Origin: a virus
Lineage: Duplodnaviria > Caudoviricetes
Strand: one strand, 5' to 3'
IMG/VR virus record: IMGVR_UViG_3300037200_000348
Location: 1-52,150 of that record
Length of the DNA: 52,150 nucleotides
In this document: in pieces, positions 1-8,586 of the stretch
Position numbering within the stretch: position 1 is the stretch's first letter
How the letters are laid out: every line of letters begins with the position of its first letter
Notes under the pieces: model-generated
Database searches by the model: none
What the model was told of the DNA's origin: nothing
Seen by the model: only the letters and a program-made list of their open reading frames with translations
Position numbers and translations under genes: made by a program

Positions 1-153
1 ATTGGGGAACGCTTTCTGCATGCGACGATCAAACTCAAACCATTCGTCGGGACGGAAGCAGAGTGTACCTGCGCGTGACTGACCGTTAACCCATAGCGAA
101 ATGTGTATGTGCGTGTCGGCTTGGTCGATTCTGATGGTGAGATGCATCGTCAT
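1..153 (-). CDS. hypothetical protein, 3' end runs off the window
   Basis: Manual translation from ATG at 153: MTMHLTIRIDQADTHIHISLWVNGQSRAGTLCFRPDEWFEF..., open to base 1; not in the ORF track. Confidence 0.55.
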   Translation of the reverse strand, partial: MTMHLTIRIDQADTHIHISLWVNGQSRAGTLCFRPDEWFEFDRRMQKAFPN

Positions 154-202
154 TAATACTCGTCTAGCTCCCATGGACCCCGGGCGTGCCACCACACGCA
201 CA

Positions 203-952
203 TCATCGCGCCTTCGCGCCCTCAAGCCACTTCCATATCTGATAAACGTGGCGAGCGTCGGCGAGCGCGTCGTGCGCATCGGCGTTTTTGATGCCGGTGA
301 TCGACGCGATTTCCGAGAGCGTCGGCGGCACGAAGACGCCCATGGCGCCCATGAACATCGCCTCGATATCAATGACGTGATAGTGGTATGGGACCTCGCG
401 GTACACTTTACGCAGAAACTGATGATCGAACGTCGGGACTGCACCGACGAGGTAGACCGAGGTCTTTCCGCCATCCGAGAGACGCAGGCAATCTTCGAAG
501 AAATTGTCGAGGGCTTCGCTTATCGGGACCGACCGCGGGCCTACGGCTATTGCGAGGTGTTCCCCATCCCCCCGACGGTCGCGACGAGCGTTCGTGTTGC
601 GCGCGGCCCAGAGGCTGGGGAAGCCATCATAGTCGACGTGATAGTTGCGCTCGCAAACTGCCACAGGACTGTTTGGGACTGGCGCCTCGAATAGCCACGC
701 CATCTGCGTGATGACGTCGCGGTCCGGGTCGAGACCCGTCGTTTCAAGGTCGAGGAACACGTGCCTGATGCGCGGCGGGTTCGCGTCGGTCGTCGGTATG
801 GGTGGACCGCCGCCGACTGCCCCCTGGATGACCTGCACGTACCCCGAAGTGGCGGTCGCCCCGCCTTCAAAGCTAACCTGCGTTCCGATGACGCTTCCAA
901 CGGTCGTTTCGATAATGAGAATCCCTTTATGAGCCAGGGTAGGGGTCGCCAC
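203..952 (-). CDS. DEDDh (DnaQ/oligoribonuclease-like) 3'-5' exonuclease
   Basis: ExoI VFLDLETTGLD, ExoII GAVPTFDHQFL, ExoIII HDALADA. Confidence 0.85.
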   Translation of the reverse strand: MATPTLAHKGILIIETTVGSVIGTQVSFEGGATATSGYVQVIQGAVGGGPPIPTTDANPPRIRHVFLDLETTGLDPDRDVITQMAWLFEAPVPNSPVAVCERNYHVDYDGFPSLWAARNTNARRDRRGDGEHLAIAVGPRSVPISEALDNFFEDCLRLSDGGKTSVYLVGAVPTFDHQFLRKVYREVPYHYHVIDIEAMFMGAMGVFVPPTLSEIASITGIKNADAHDALADARHVYQIWKWLEGAKAR

Positions 953-1166
953 CGAACTCGTAAGAGCCGATGGGCTTGTCGATCGCGAGCCGGTTGACTT
1001 TGCGCTCTAGGACCGCGATGCGCTTGCGCAGTGAGATATTCTCAGTCTCGACTGCGAGCCGCATGCCGCGCTCGCGACGTGCCTCCTCTTCGCAGTCCTT
1101 GACTCGCTTTACGAGGCCCTTTACGAATGTCTCTACGAGGGCGCCGTCCTGGTCGATGTTCGACAC
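927..1166 (-). CDS. small coiled-coil hypothetical protein, probably leaderless
   Basis: GTG start lies 7 nt downstream of a TAGACT -10 box; heptad-like charged sequence. Confidence 0.6.
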   Translation of the reverse strand: MSNIDQDGALVETFVKGLVKRVKDCEEEARRERGMRLAVETENISLRKRIAVLERKVNRLAIDKPIGSYEFGGDPYPGS

Positions 1167-1173
1167 TGCGGAG

Positions 1174-1202
1174 AGTCTACCATTGCGAGCGCTTTTTGTA
1201 AA
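1174..1202 (-). promoter_or_regulatory. sigma70-type promoter (leftward)
   Basis: TTTACA-17nt-TAGACT on the minus strand; spacer contains CGCTCGCA. Confidence 0.65.
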
Positions 1203-1219
1203 GAACCAACTCTAGTCGC

Positions 1220-1248
1220 TTGCTATTTCCTGCTCGCTGCATTATACT
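1220..1248 (+). promoter_or_regulatory. sigma70-type early promoter with GCTCGCT spacer motif
   Basis: TTGCTA-tttcctgctcgctgcat(17)-TATACT followed by GGAGG; near-identical to 15551 and 36608. Confidence 0.8.
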
Positions 1249-1268
1249 GGTGGTGGAGGGAAAACGAC

Positions 1269-1637
1269 ATGGCCACCGCGATCGAGACGCCCCGGCTCTT
1301 CAACGAAGCGGTGTTCATGCCGCGGTTGCGGATGCCGAACCGGGAGATGCCGCTGCGGTACGGGCGGCACGCGCTCGAAGCCGCTCAAAACGATCGGTAC
1401 GGCAACCTGACGCAGTACCTGCCCGAGACGGTGAACCCGACGCTCTGCCAGGTGGTGGAAGCCGAGTTGACCGGCACGAAGCTCACGAAGCTCGTGCTCC
1501 GGAAGACGCTCGGAAACGGCCTCGACCTCGTGCTCGTGCTGACGCCGCAAGACGGCTTCGTACGGACCGTATGGGGACAACAAACGAACGACGCTCACGG
1601 GACACTGAACCGGAACCGGTACGCCACCACTCTCTGA
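1269..1637 (+). CDS. hypothetical phage protein (possible BECR/RelE-like RNase fold)
   Basis: Promoter plus GGAGGG RBS; motifs YGRHALE and DLVLVL...VRTVW. Confidence 0.7.
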   Translation: MATAIETPRLFNEAVFMPRLRMPNREMPLRYGRHALEAAQNDRYGNLTQYLPETVNPTLCQVVEAELTGTKLTKLVLRKTLGNGLDLVLVLTPQDGFVRTVWGQQTNDAHGTLNRNRYATTL

Positions 1638-1689
1638 AAGGACGCGATATGAAACTGTGCCCCTACTACCAGAATCCGGGATTGCCCTG

Positions 1690-1902
1690 ATGAACCTCGG
1701 TCAGCTACTCCGAGAAGAAGGGCTCACCACGCTCGCGGCGATCGACGCGCAACGCGGCGGCGCGAGCCGCTACCAGTACCTCAAGGTCCGCCTCGGTGAG
1801 GTAAACGCCGACCGAATCATGCGGAACCTGGAGGTCGCGTCTTGGACGCAGCGCGGCGCTGAAGCCATCGAAAAAAATCTCGCCAAAGAATTAGGAGGCT
1901 AA
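1690..1902 (+). CDS. hypothetical protein
   Basis: ATG at 1690 in frame with track ORF 1657..1902; phage-like codon usage. Confidence 0.6.
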   Translation: MNLGQLLREEGLTTLAAIDAQRGGASRYQYLKVRLGEVNADRIMRNLEVASWTQRGAEAIEKNLAKELGG

Positions 1903-1905
1903 CCC

Positions 1906-2250
1906 TTGAACACTTATTGGAGAAACCTGTGGAGCGAGTCCGTCGGTAAACTCGCCGAAGCGGCCATCGCCCACTCGGCCTACGTCGAACGCGACGTGCT
2001 CAAAAATCCGGGACGCATGAAGGCTCACAACTGCACCGTGGTGGAGACCGCCGACAACCTCGAAGCGCTCATCGCGGCGGTGCCCGACAGTGACATCCTG
2101 CGAGCCGAAGGCCTCGCCTTCCGCTTCCAAAACATCGCGAACGGCATCGGCGACGCGAAGCTCATCGAGCGCGCGAACGAGGCGATGCGCTCGGTCCGCG
2201 CTCGCGCGGCATATAAGCGCCTCGTCACGCAGCGAGTCAACGGGGCCTAA
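1906..2250 (+). CDS. hypothetical protein
   Basis: AGGAGG RBS upstream; last gene of the plus-strand island. Confidence 0.65.
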   Translation: MNTYWRNLWSESVGKLAEAAIAHSAYVERDVLKNPGRMKAHNCTVVETADNLEALIAAVPDSDILRAEGLAFRFQNIANGIGDAKLIERANEAMRSVRARAAYKRLVTQRVNGA

Positions 2251-2260
2251 AACGTGAGCG

Positions 2261-2290
2261 TTGACGCCGCACGTATGCGCGTGATATATT
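2261..2290 (+). promoter_or_regulatory. promoter upstream of a candidate ncRNA
   Basis: TTGACG-18nt-TATATT with TGn extended -10. Confidence 0.55.
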
Positions 2291-2296
2291 GACCCG

Positions 2297-2409
2297 GCGT
2301 AGAGGTTGGGAAGTGTAGCGCGGCCGTTTTAACCGGCAACACCGAACGCGCTTTGGCGCTCGCAGCGTAACTGCTGCCAACCGCAAGGGCCGCCGAAAGG
2401 CGGCTCTTG
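2297..2409 (+). ncRNA. candidate structured small RNA (~110 nt)
   Basis: Lies between promoter and terminator; stems GGTTGG/CCAACC, AGCGCG/CGCGCT, GCCG/CGGC, GCAG/CTGC; no ORF. Confidence 0.45.
2386..2409. terminator. GC-rich hairpin, likely bidirectional terminator
   Basis: AGGGCCGCC-gaaa-GGCGGCTCT between convergent transcription units. Confidence 0.7.
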
Positions 2410-2717
2410 TCATTCGATGTCGCGGAGCGTGAAGCGCGTCGGCAACTTCTCTGCCGAAAGCGCGTCGAGTTCTTCGAGCGATAGTCCGAGAGGTGAAGTA
2501 CGACCGAGTAGACGTCGCAAAGCTCTTCCCGCGCCCGGGCCAAAGCTACCGGGGCCTTCCCGGTGAGCTTCAAGAGGTCTAGCTCGTCGGCAAGCTCGGC
2601 GACTTCACTGCGGAGATGCGCGATGACGGCGGTGTTCGTCCACGACGATGGCCGCGAGCCCTTGCGATGCATCGCGTCCTCAGCGACGATACGCTTGACG
2701 ACAGACTCGGCCCTCAC
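2410..2717 (-). pseudogene. MazG-like NTP pyrophosphohydrolase, frameshifted near 2490
   Basis: HLRSEVAELADE...REELCDVYSVVLHL; helix continues in another frame (LGLSLEELDALSAEKLPTRF...) to TGA at 2410, directly before the terminator. Confidence 0.6.
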
Positions 2718-3142
2718 TGCTGTTGCGGTCGTCCCGAGAGCGCGGCGTGATTGATGAGAAGATGGAGCGTGTTGTCGGCGATGATGAGGAGCCACACGGC
2801 CATCCATGGTGGCATGTCTTCGCTATAACCTGTATTCGTCGCAAATGGACCGGCAGTGGGATAATACACCGCACATCGTCCGACCTGTTGCCGAATCCAC
2901 GTCCTATGTGTCGTCCAGTTCTTGGCCGCTACGATGAAGCGCGCGAGCCGATAGCGATCGATCGCGGCGTGCGTCGCAAAGATGATGCCGAGGCGCAGTG
3001 GGTTGCGCGTGAGCGCGAGGAAGCTCGCGGTGTATGCGGCGGCGTGGAAGAGCGCCCACCACCACGACTTCGTTTTCTTCGTGGCCATGGCGTCGGTCTG
3101 GAGGATGTAGTCCCCCACAAGGTGAGCGAGAAGCTCGTTCAC
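2714..3142 (-). CDS. DUF3307-family membrane protein
   Basis: LLAHLVGDYILQTD, H...Y, THAAID, DNTLH motifs; GTG start at 3142 overlapping the upstream stop. Confidence 0.8.
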   Translation of the reverse strand: MNELLAHLVGDYILQTDAMATKKTKSWWWALFHAAAYTASFLALTRNPLRLGIIFATHAAIDRYRLARFIVAAKNWTTHRTWIRQQVGRCAVYYPTAGPFATNTGYSEDMPPWMAVWLLIIADNTLHLLINHAALSGRPQQQ

Positions 3143-3357
3143 GGCTTCGAGAAGCCGCCGTCTGGCATGTGACCATCCGTGTGGCACTCGTGATCGTTTG
3201 CGATGGCGGCGGGCATGACGTCGTTCGATAGCCACGCGATGGCCTCTGCGACGGCGTGCGCGTGTCCATGCTGCATCGAAGAAAACATCCTCGATGAGTT
3301 CGTCGGCTTTTTGCTCGATAAAAAACTGCCGCTCACACTGATAGAGATTTGCCCCAC
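3139..3357 (-). CDS. small His-rich hypothetical protein
   Basis: GGAG RBS upstream; GTGA overlap with DUF3307 gene. Confidence 0.55.
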   Translation of the reverse strand: MGQISISVSGSFLSSKKPTNSSRMFSSMQHGHAHAVAEAIAWLSNDVMPAAIANDHECHTDGHMPDGGFSKP

Positions 3358-3449
3358 GCATGTGCTCCAAAAAAGAAAAGCTGGCTACGGAGTCGAGTCC
3401 TAATTGCGCCAGTTCTCGCTCCGCAGCCTAGCCGTTCGATCGTAGCAAG

Positions 3450-4778
3450 TCAGGGCATTGAAGTCAATGGCTTGAGCGGTGCCGACGTCGTGCGCCGTCG
3501 TTGAGTCAGTTCGGTGAGGAGTTGCTCCGTCTGTCGGAGTGCAGGGCTGAAACCGTGAGAATCGGTCAAACGAAAGTCGAGCAAGCCGGGTGGCGAGGTG
3601 CCTTTCGTAACGTGCTGAGTAAGGATACTGGTTGCCAGCACCTCCGCGGCGACAGGCGGAAAGGCATTGCCGATCTGGCGCGCGATGCTCGCACTTCCTC
3701 CCTCAAAGACAAAGCGATCGGGGAAAGACTGGAAACGTGCGCACTCACGCAGGCTGATTGCACGATCCTCGAAAGGGTGGATGAACTCCCTGCTAGACAT
3801 ACTCGTGATTGTGAGCGAGGCACAGCCAGGGTCTAATCGCTTCAGACCGGCGGGCGCTCCGCCCCGACGGTCGGTCGGCATTCCGTCGCGAACTCGACGA
3901 AACGCGCGACTTCGGTAGCTGTCAGGCCAAAGGTGCTCCGGGAGACTGCGTAAGGACTGACCAGGTTTGAGTCGACTCGCCCTTTCGAAGTCGGCTGCCG
4001 ATAAACGGGGCGCAAAGTGCTGACGTGTCCCTTGTTCCACGTTGCTGTGGCGCATAGCTTGATCGTAGTGGCTTTGCGGATCGCGGTGAGCGTAAGGCGA
4101 GAGCGCGGCTACTGTGTCTTGCACCCGCCCCAGTCCGACGATTGCCCCCGCAACTGTCGGCCCGGCGATCGCTCCGCTTTCACTCCGATGTTTCTTGCCT
4201 TCAAAGGAGTGACACGCCGCAGGGAACTCGTAAGGGATGCCAATACTGTTTGCAATAATAAGAACCCGTTTCCGCGCCTGGGGCACGCCGTAACCAGCAA
4301 AATTCGCCTTCTGCAGATTTACAGTGTAGCCGAGAGCGATGAGTTGCTGGACGAAGTCTCGGATGCTCTCGCCACCATTTGACGTGAGCAATCCTTCAAC
4401 GTTTTCGAAGACGATCCAAAGCGGACGTAGACGCTCGACCATGTGCAGGTAGGCGAAGATGAGCCGATTGCGAGGGTCGGAACCGTTCCGCGCTCCTGCG
4501 GTTGAAAAACCTTGGCACGGTGGCCCACCTATCATCGCGAAAGGCCGTGCTTGGGAGAACGTGCGTTCAAGAGTTTGAACAGTCTCGTCCGCCGCTAGGT
4601 CCGCGCATAGTGTATCGGTGCCGAGGTTGCGGCGATAGGTCGCGCAGGCATCGGGCTCAATGTCGATGCCGAGAATGGGCTTGAGGCCCACGGCGGCGAA
4701 TCCCAGCGACAGGCCGCCAGCGCCCGAGAAAAGCGCGATGGTGGAATCAGTTAGGGCCTGACGCAAGGTTTGCTCCAT
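3450..4778 (-). CDS. dcm: C5 cytosine DNA methyltransferase (orphan)
   Basis: Motif I LFSGAGG, IV GGPPCQGFS, VI ENVEGL, VIII QARKR, IX RECARFQSFPD, X QIGNAFPP. Confidence 0.93.
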   Translation of the reverse strand: MEQTLRQALTDSTIALFSGAGGLSLGFAAVGLKPILGIDIEPDACATYRRNLGTDTLCADLAADETVQTLERTFSQARPFAMIGGPPCQGFSTAGARNGSDPRNRLIFAYLHMVERLRPLWIVFENVEGLLTSNGGESIRDFVQQLIALGYTVNLQKANFAGYGVPQARKRVLIIANSIGIPYEFPAACHSFEGKKHRSESGAIAGPTVAGAIVGLGRVQDTVAALSPYAHRDPQSHYDQAMRHSNVEQGTRQHFAPRLSAADFERASRLKPGQSLRSLPEHLWPDSYRSRAFRRVRDGMPTDRRGGAPAGLKRLDPGCASLTITSMSSREFIHPFEDRAISLRECARFQSFPDRFVFEGGSASIARQIGNAFPPVAAEVLATSILTQHVTKGTSPPGLLDFRLTDSHGFSPALRQTEQLLTELTQRRRTTSAPLKPLTSMP

Positions 4779-4876
4779 GACAAATACGAAAGTCGCGCCT
4801 GAAGCTCTTCGGATGACGGCGGCGGACTAGCAATGAACGGGGCGCTGAAACTTGGTCGGTTAGTCGACACTGCCCT

Positions 4877-7534
4877 CTATCCAACGTCGTAGCCTTTCTC
4901 GAACCAGGGCTTTTGGTCGGTCGCTTCGAGCCATAGGCTCTCGACGCCATCGAAGTACATCGCGACTGTTCCTGGGACGCCATGACGACACTTCGCGACG
5001 GCGGCCTCGGCTCGTGTTGGTGGGATGGGATTCCCGGCGTCGTCCACGACCTCCGGGTCGTTGCCGGGGTTCGGGCGCCACGGGAAGATGATCGTCGTCG
5101 CGTGGCCCTCCGTGTTGCCCCCGTCGCGGAGGTCAAACATCGTGGGGCGAGCAGCCTTCGCCCCGCGGTTGAGGTGGTAGACGACGTGCACGGGGCACGA
5201 GAGTTCATCCGCGAGCGAGAGAAGCTCCGCAAGGAGTCGATCGAGCGCGTTGTGCTTGCCACCGCTCTTCTCGGACGCCGTCGCTAAGTCGCTCACGAAG
5301 CCGATATGGTCGATCGCAATGCCGGAGAGCCCCCCGTGTTTTTGCGCGATGGCCCGGGAAGCGCGTTTAACGTCCGCCAGTGACCGCCGCGGATGCCGCG
5401 TGATAAACTCTATCGGAATCCCCTTGAGGGCCCTCTGGGCGTATTCTAGGGCCCGCCAATCCTCACTCGTGAGTCGGACGCCCTCGCGTATCTTGTTCAC
5501 CGGCACCCCGGCCCGCATCGAGAGGATGCGCTCGGCGGAATCTTCCTGGGTCATCTCCAGGCTGAAAAGCGCGAATGCCTTGGGGTTGTACGCGTGGGCC
5601 GTATACTCTGCGTAGTTGCCGAGCATGATCGAATTGTGAACAACGATGTCGTCTGCAACAAAATTGTGATGGCCTGGAACCTCTAGGTCGAAGGTCTCCA
5701 TCGGGCCAACGCTTTTAATCTCTTTGATTTCATCCCAAATTATATCTGGGCTAGCCAGCGCCGCTAACCACCGGTCTTTCAATACAGTCGCAATTGTCGC
5801 TAAGTGGTCCTGAGTAATGTCTCGATCGGGGTGAGATTTGCTGGCAAAGGCCGCGCGGCGATCAAGCTCGTCCAAACTTATTCCCCGTTGCGCGCACCGT
5901 CTTCGAATGGTGTCCCACACTTTGCGCCCCACGACGCGAAAATTTGTGTTGGAATTAGGCGAAGCGCGCCACGTCGAGAAACGCCTCGTTTTCTCGCCAA
6001 TCCATCCAATGGAAGACTGGTACGCCTGAATTGAAAGCGGGCTTGTTATCACAAGTCTCCATGCTTTTGAACCTTTGGTTGAAAAATCAGCCAAAATTCC
6101 AAAACGCAAAAAGGCGTGCTGCAAGTCACGCACAAGACGCTCGCTCGCCAAAGTAATCTCGATGATGGGGGCCATACCCTTGGAGCAATATATAGTCCCG
6201 TCGCAACTCATTAAAGCCCGCAAAAATTCTCGAAGCGCGACCGCGTCCCATTTCCAAACCTCGGCTGGTATCCACTTCTCTTTCGAGAGATGCCCCGCTA
6301 GCCCGAATCCGCGCAACCAGGACACTACTAGATTTTCCGATTGCCATCGACCGCCTCGACCGCCCCGCTCGGCAGGAAAATAGCCAAACTTCCCGTCGAA
6401 TCGCACGCTGAGCGATGGGAACTTGTCGGCGATTATTTGAGAGAAATCGGCCACTATCTCGGCGTCGGCATTAGTAAATCCGGCGTGGCTTCCACAAGCC
6501 TTACAACCGCGCGCCTCGCGGTGCGGACCGCTAATTGACGCCATGGAGCCGTCTCCGAAATAATAGCCGAGTAAGCGCGCTAACTGAGGGTCAGCCGCCT
6601 CCGAGCCGTGAACCGCCTTCGCAGACACCGCAATCCGGTCGCCACGACGCAAGGCGCGAAGCGGAGCCCACCCTTCCGTCGTCAAAAATGGATGTGCTTC
6701 GGTCGCGCAATTCTCGCGACCACTTCTTGTCCGTAGAGCATAGCACTCTTGAATCCCGCTCGGAATCCACGAGGCCACTTGTCGTGGCTCGATCTTGCCG
6801 CTATGCGACAGCGAAAGCGTTTTTTTGCGCTGCTCCTTGACGAAATCTCTAATCGTCAGGCGCTCGCCCGTTTCTGCGTCCGTGACCTTCGTATTTGCGG
6901 CCTGGCACTTCCCCATGCCCGGAGCCGCGCCCCACACGATCAATTCGCCGGGCTTGAAGCCGCCGGTAAGGCGGTCGAGGGTTTCCCATTGCGAGAGGTA
7001 TGGGCGCACGGAGGGCGAGCCGATGCGCGCCACGACGCTGTTGACGACCTCATCGAGCGAGGTGACCGTGATGGCGTTACTCGCGAGAGCGCTCGTGATT
7101 TCCCGGATGGCGTAGTCCTGGAGTTCGGCGGAGCTTTCGAAGTGCTCGTTGTAGGCCTTTTCGTAAAGCTCCCGGGCTACACGGATGATGGCCCGCGACC
7201 CCGCCTTGTCGGCAACGATACTTGCGTAATACTCAACACTCGACGCCGTAGGCACGATATCGAGTAGCGAATTGAGATAGGGGACGCCGCCCGCCTTTTC
7301 GAGCATCCCGGCGCTTCGTAGCCGCTCCGCGAGGGTGATCTTATCTATCGGCGCGTCGGCCTCGTAAAGCGCGAGGATATGGGTCCAAATAACCTCGTGA
7401 ATGTGCGCATAGAAGTCCGCCGCCTTCACGTGCGCAAGCGCGACCGGCAGCATCTCTCGCTCTAGGAGTACGGAACCGATGACTGCCATCTCTGCCTCCA
7501 GGTTCGACGGCGGAATCTTGTCGGCGGCGCTCAT
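4877..7534 (-). CDS. dnaB: replicative DNA helicase DnaB with intein
   Basis: N-terminal PPSNLEAEMAVIGS; Walker A GAAPGMGK/S split by intein; FSLEM; AKCRHG. Confidence 0.92.
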   Translation of the reverse strand: MSAADKIPPSNLEAEMAVIGSVLLEREMLPVALAHVKAADFYAHIHEVIWTHILALYEADAPIDKITLAERLRSAGMLEKAGGVPYLNSLLDIVPTASSVEYYASIVADKAGSRAIIRVARELYEKAYNEHFESSAELQDYAIREITSALASNAITVTSLDEVVNSVVARIGSPSVRPYLSQWETLDRLTGGFKPGELIVWGAAPGMGKCQAANTKVTDAETGERLTIRDFVKEQRKKTLSLSHSGKIEPRQVASWIPSGIQECYALRTRSGRENCATEAHPFLTTEGWAPLRALRRGDRIAVSAKAVHGSEAADPQLARLLGYYFGDGSMASISGPHREARGCKACGSHAGFTNADAEIVADFSQIIADKFPSLSVRFDGKFGYFPAERGGRGGRWQSENLVVSWLRGFGLAGHLSKEKWIPAEVWKWDAVALREFLRALMSCDGTIYCSKGMAPIIEITLASERLVRDLQHAFLRFGILADFSTKGSKAWRLVITSPLSIQAYQSSIGWIGEKTRRFSTWRASPNSNTNFRVVGRKVWDTIRRRCAQRGISLDELDRRAAFASKSHPDRDITQDHLATIATVLKDRWLAALASPDIIWDEIKEIKSVGPMETFDLEVPGHHNFVADDIVVHNSIMLGNYAEYTAHAYNPKAFALFSLEMTQEDSAERILSMRAGVPVNKIREGVRLTSEDWRALEYAQRALKGIPIEFITRHPRRSLADVKRASRAIAQKHGGLSGIAIDHIGFVSDLATASEKSGGKHNALDRLLAELLSLADELSCPVHVVYHLNRGAKAARPTMFDLRDGGNTEGHATTIIFPWRPNPGNDPEVVDDAGNPIPPTRAEAAVAKCRHGVPGTVAMYFDGVESLWLEATDQKPWFEKGYDVG
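5633..6907 (-). mobile_element. intein (425 aa) with LAGLIDADG homing endonuclease in the DnaB P-loop
   Basis: Begins GK/CQAANTKV, block B TEAHPF, LLGYYFGDG and FLRALMSCDG, ends FVADDIVVHN/S. Confidence 0.92.
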
Positions 7535-8586
7535 TCGGCAACCGCGGGACGCGGTGTGCCGGGAGCATGCCGCACCTCAGCAACGAAGCCGACGTCGTAG
7601 TCGAGACCGCGACGAGGGGAGCGCTCGCGCTCGGCGGGACCGGCGGTCGAACGGGGCACGTAGGTCGCGGGCTGTCCTGTGCGCCGCTGCTGGAACATCG
7701 GGGGCACCCGGTTGACCTCCGCCTTGAAGAGCGGCTTCCCGCCGTTGTCGAGCCGGGCGCGAGCGAAGAGTCGGGCCGCCTCAACCGTGCTGCACCCTCG
7801 CTCGCCGAGAATACGCAGCGCCGAGACCCAGTAGAAAATCGCTGCGTCCTGCTTCTCGGGATTTTTCGCGTTGCCGTACTCCGACAGGAACCAGCGAGCA
7901 AGGGTGTGCACCGCCGCAGTCTCGGTCGGGATAGCCTTCGGGAGCGTGTCTGGAGGCGGCGTCGGCTTCCACTCGGCGCGAGCCTTTCGCGGCGACTTCT
8001 CCGGCACCGGCTCAGGAGGCAAGAGAACTTGCTCGCCCTCTTCGGCCGAATTGACCTGCGCGGTATCTGAACGAAGTGAAGATACCGAACCGTCCGAACG
8101 CAGTGAGGACGTATCTCTATCTCTATCTCTATCTCTATCTCTATCTCTTATGCTAGAGCCCGGCTGTAGCGGGGCTACTGGCGTTGCTATAGCGTGGCTA
8201 CTGGCGTTGCTATTTCCGGGCTGGAGCCGGGCTGCAGCGCGACTCTTGGCGGCGCTATGGCCGCCCTTGGAGCCATTCGCGGCAAAGCGCGTCGATTGCT
8301 CGATCATCTCGTCGCGCACGGCTTGCATGCGGCGGTTGGCGATCGTGCCATCCGGGAGCGCTTCGAAGCGCGGCCGAATAACGTCCCAGGCGCCCGCGAC
8401 AACCTCGGTCGATTCGCCAATGATTCGCGCGCACTGCCCGGCGTCATCAGGGACGCTCCCCTCGTCAACCTGAACCATGAGAAGCTCGAAGTAGACGCAC
8501 CGCTCCACCGGCGTCATGAGCCGAACGTGTCGATCGGTGCGCCAGGCCTTATGGTCCCACTTAACCCAGGGTAGAGACTTTGCCAA
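7531..8586 (-). CDS. phage replication initiator, YdaU/DUF1376-like
   Basis: LPWVKWD...W..D...MTPVERCVYFELL...NRRM; (RD)6 linker; directly upstream of dnaB; likely TTG start at 8586 after GGAGGG. Confidence 0.7.
   Translation of the reverse strand: MAKSLPWVKWDHKAWRTDRHVRLMTPVERCVYFELLMVQVDEGSVPDDAGQCARIIGESTEVVAGAWDVIRPRFEALPDGTIANRRMQAVRDEMIEQSTRFAANGSKGGHSAAKSRAAARLQPGNSNASSHAIATPVAPLQPGSSIRDRDRDRDRDRDTSSLRSDGSVSSLRSDTAQVNSAEEGEQVLLPPEPVPEKSPRKARAEWKPTPPPDTLPKAIPTETAAVHTLARWFLSEYGNAKNPEKQDAAIFYWVSALRILGERGCSTVEAARLFARARLDNGGKPLFKAEVNRVPPMFQQRRTGQPATYVPRSTAGPAERERSPRRGLDYDVGFVAEVRHAPGTPRPAVAE
8112..8239. repeat. (TATCTC)6 microsatellite plus iteron-like direct repeats; putative origin
   Basis: TATCTC x6 at 8112-8147; GGCTACTGGCGTTGCTAT at 8173 and 8196; imperfect 20-mer at 8152 and 8220. 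Confidence 0.6.

Noticed and set aside
2297-2409. tRNA or known self-cleaving ribozyme
   Set aside because: No TTCG T-loop cloverleaf, no hammerhead CTGATGA core, no recognisable twister or pistol core; kept only as an unknown ncRNA candidate
2247-2807. 186-aa track ORF as a full gene
   Set aside because: N-terminus overlaps DUF3307 and the C-terminus runs through a terminator and promoter; better explained as a frameshifted MazG-like gene at 2410..2717
2714-3370. 218-aa track ORF as one protein
   Set aside because: DUF3307 homology starts at GTG 3142; the upstream part overlaps the RBS-supported ORF 3139..3357
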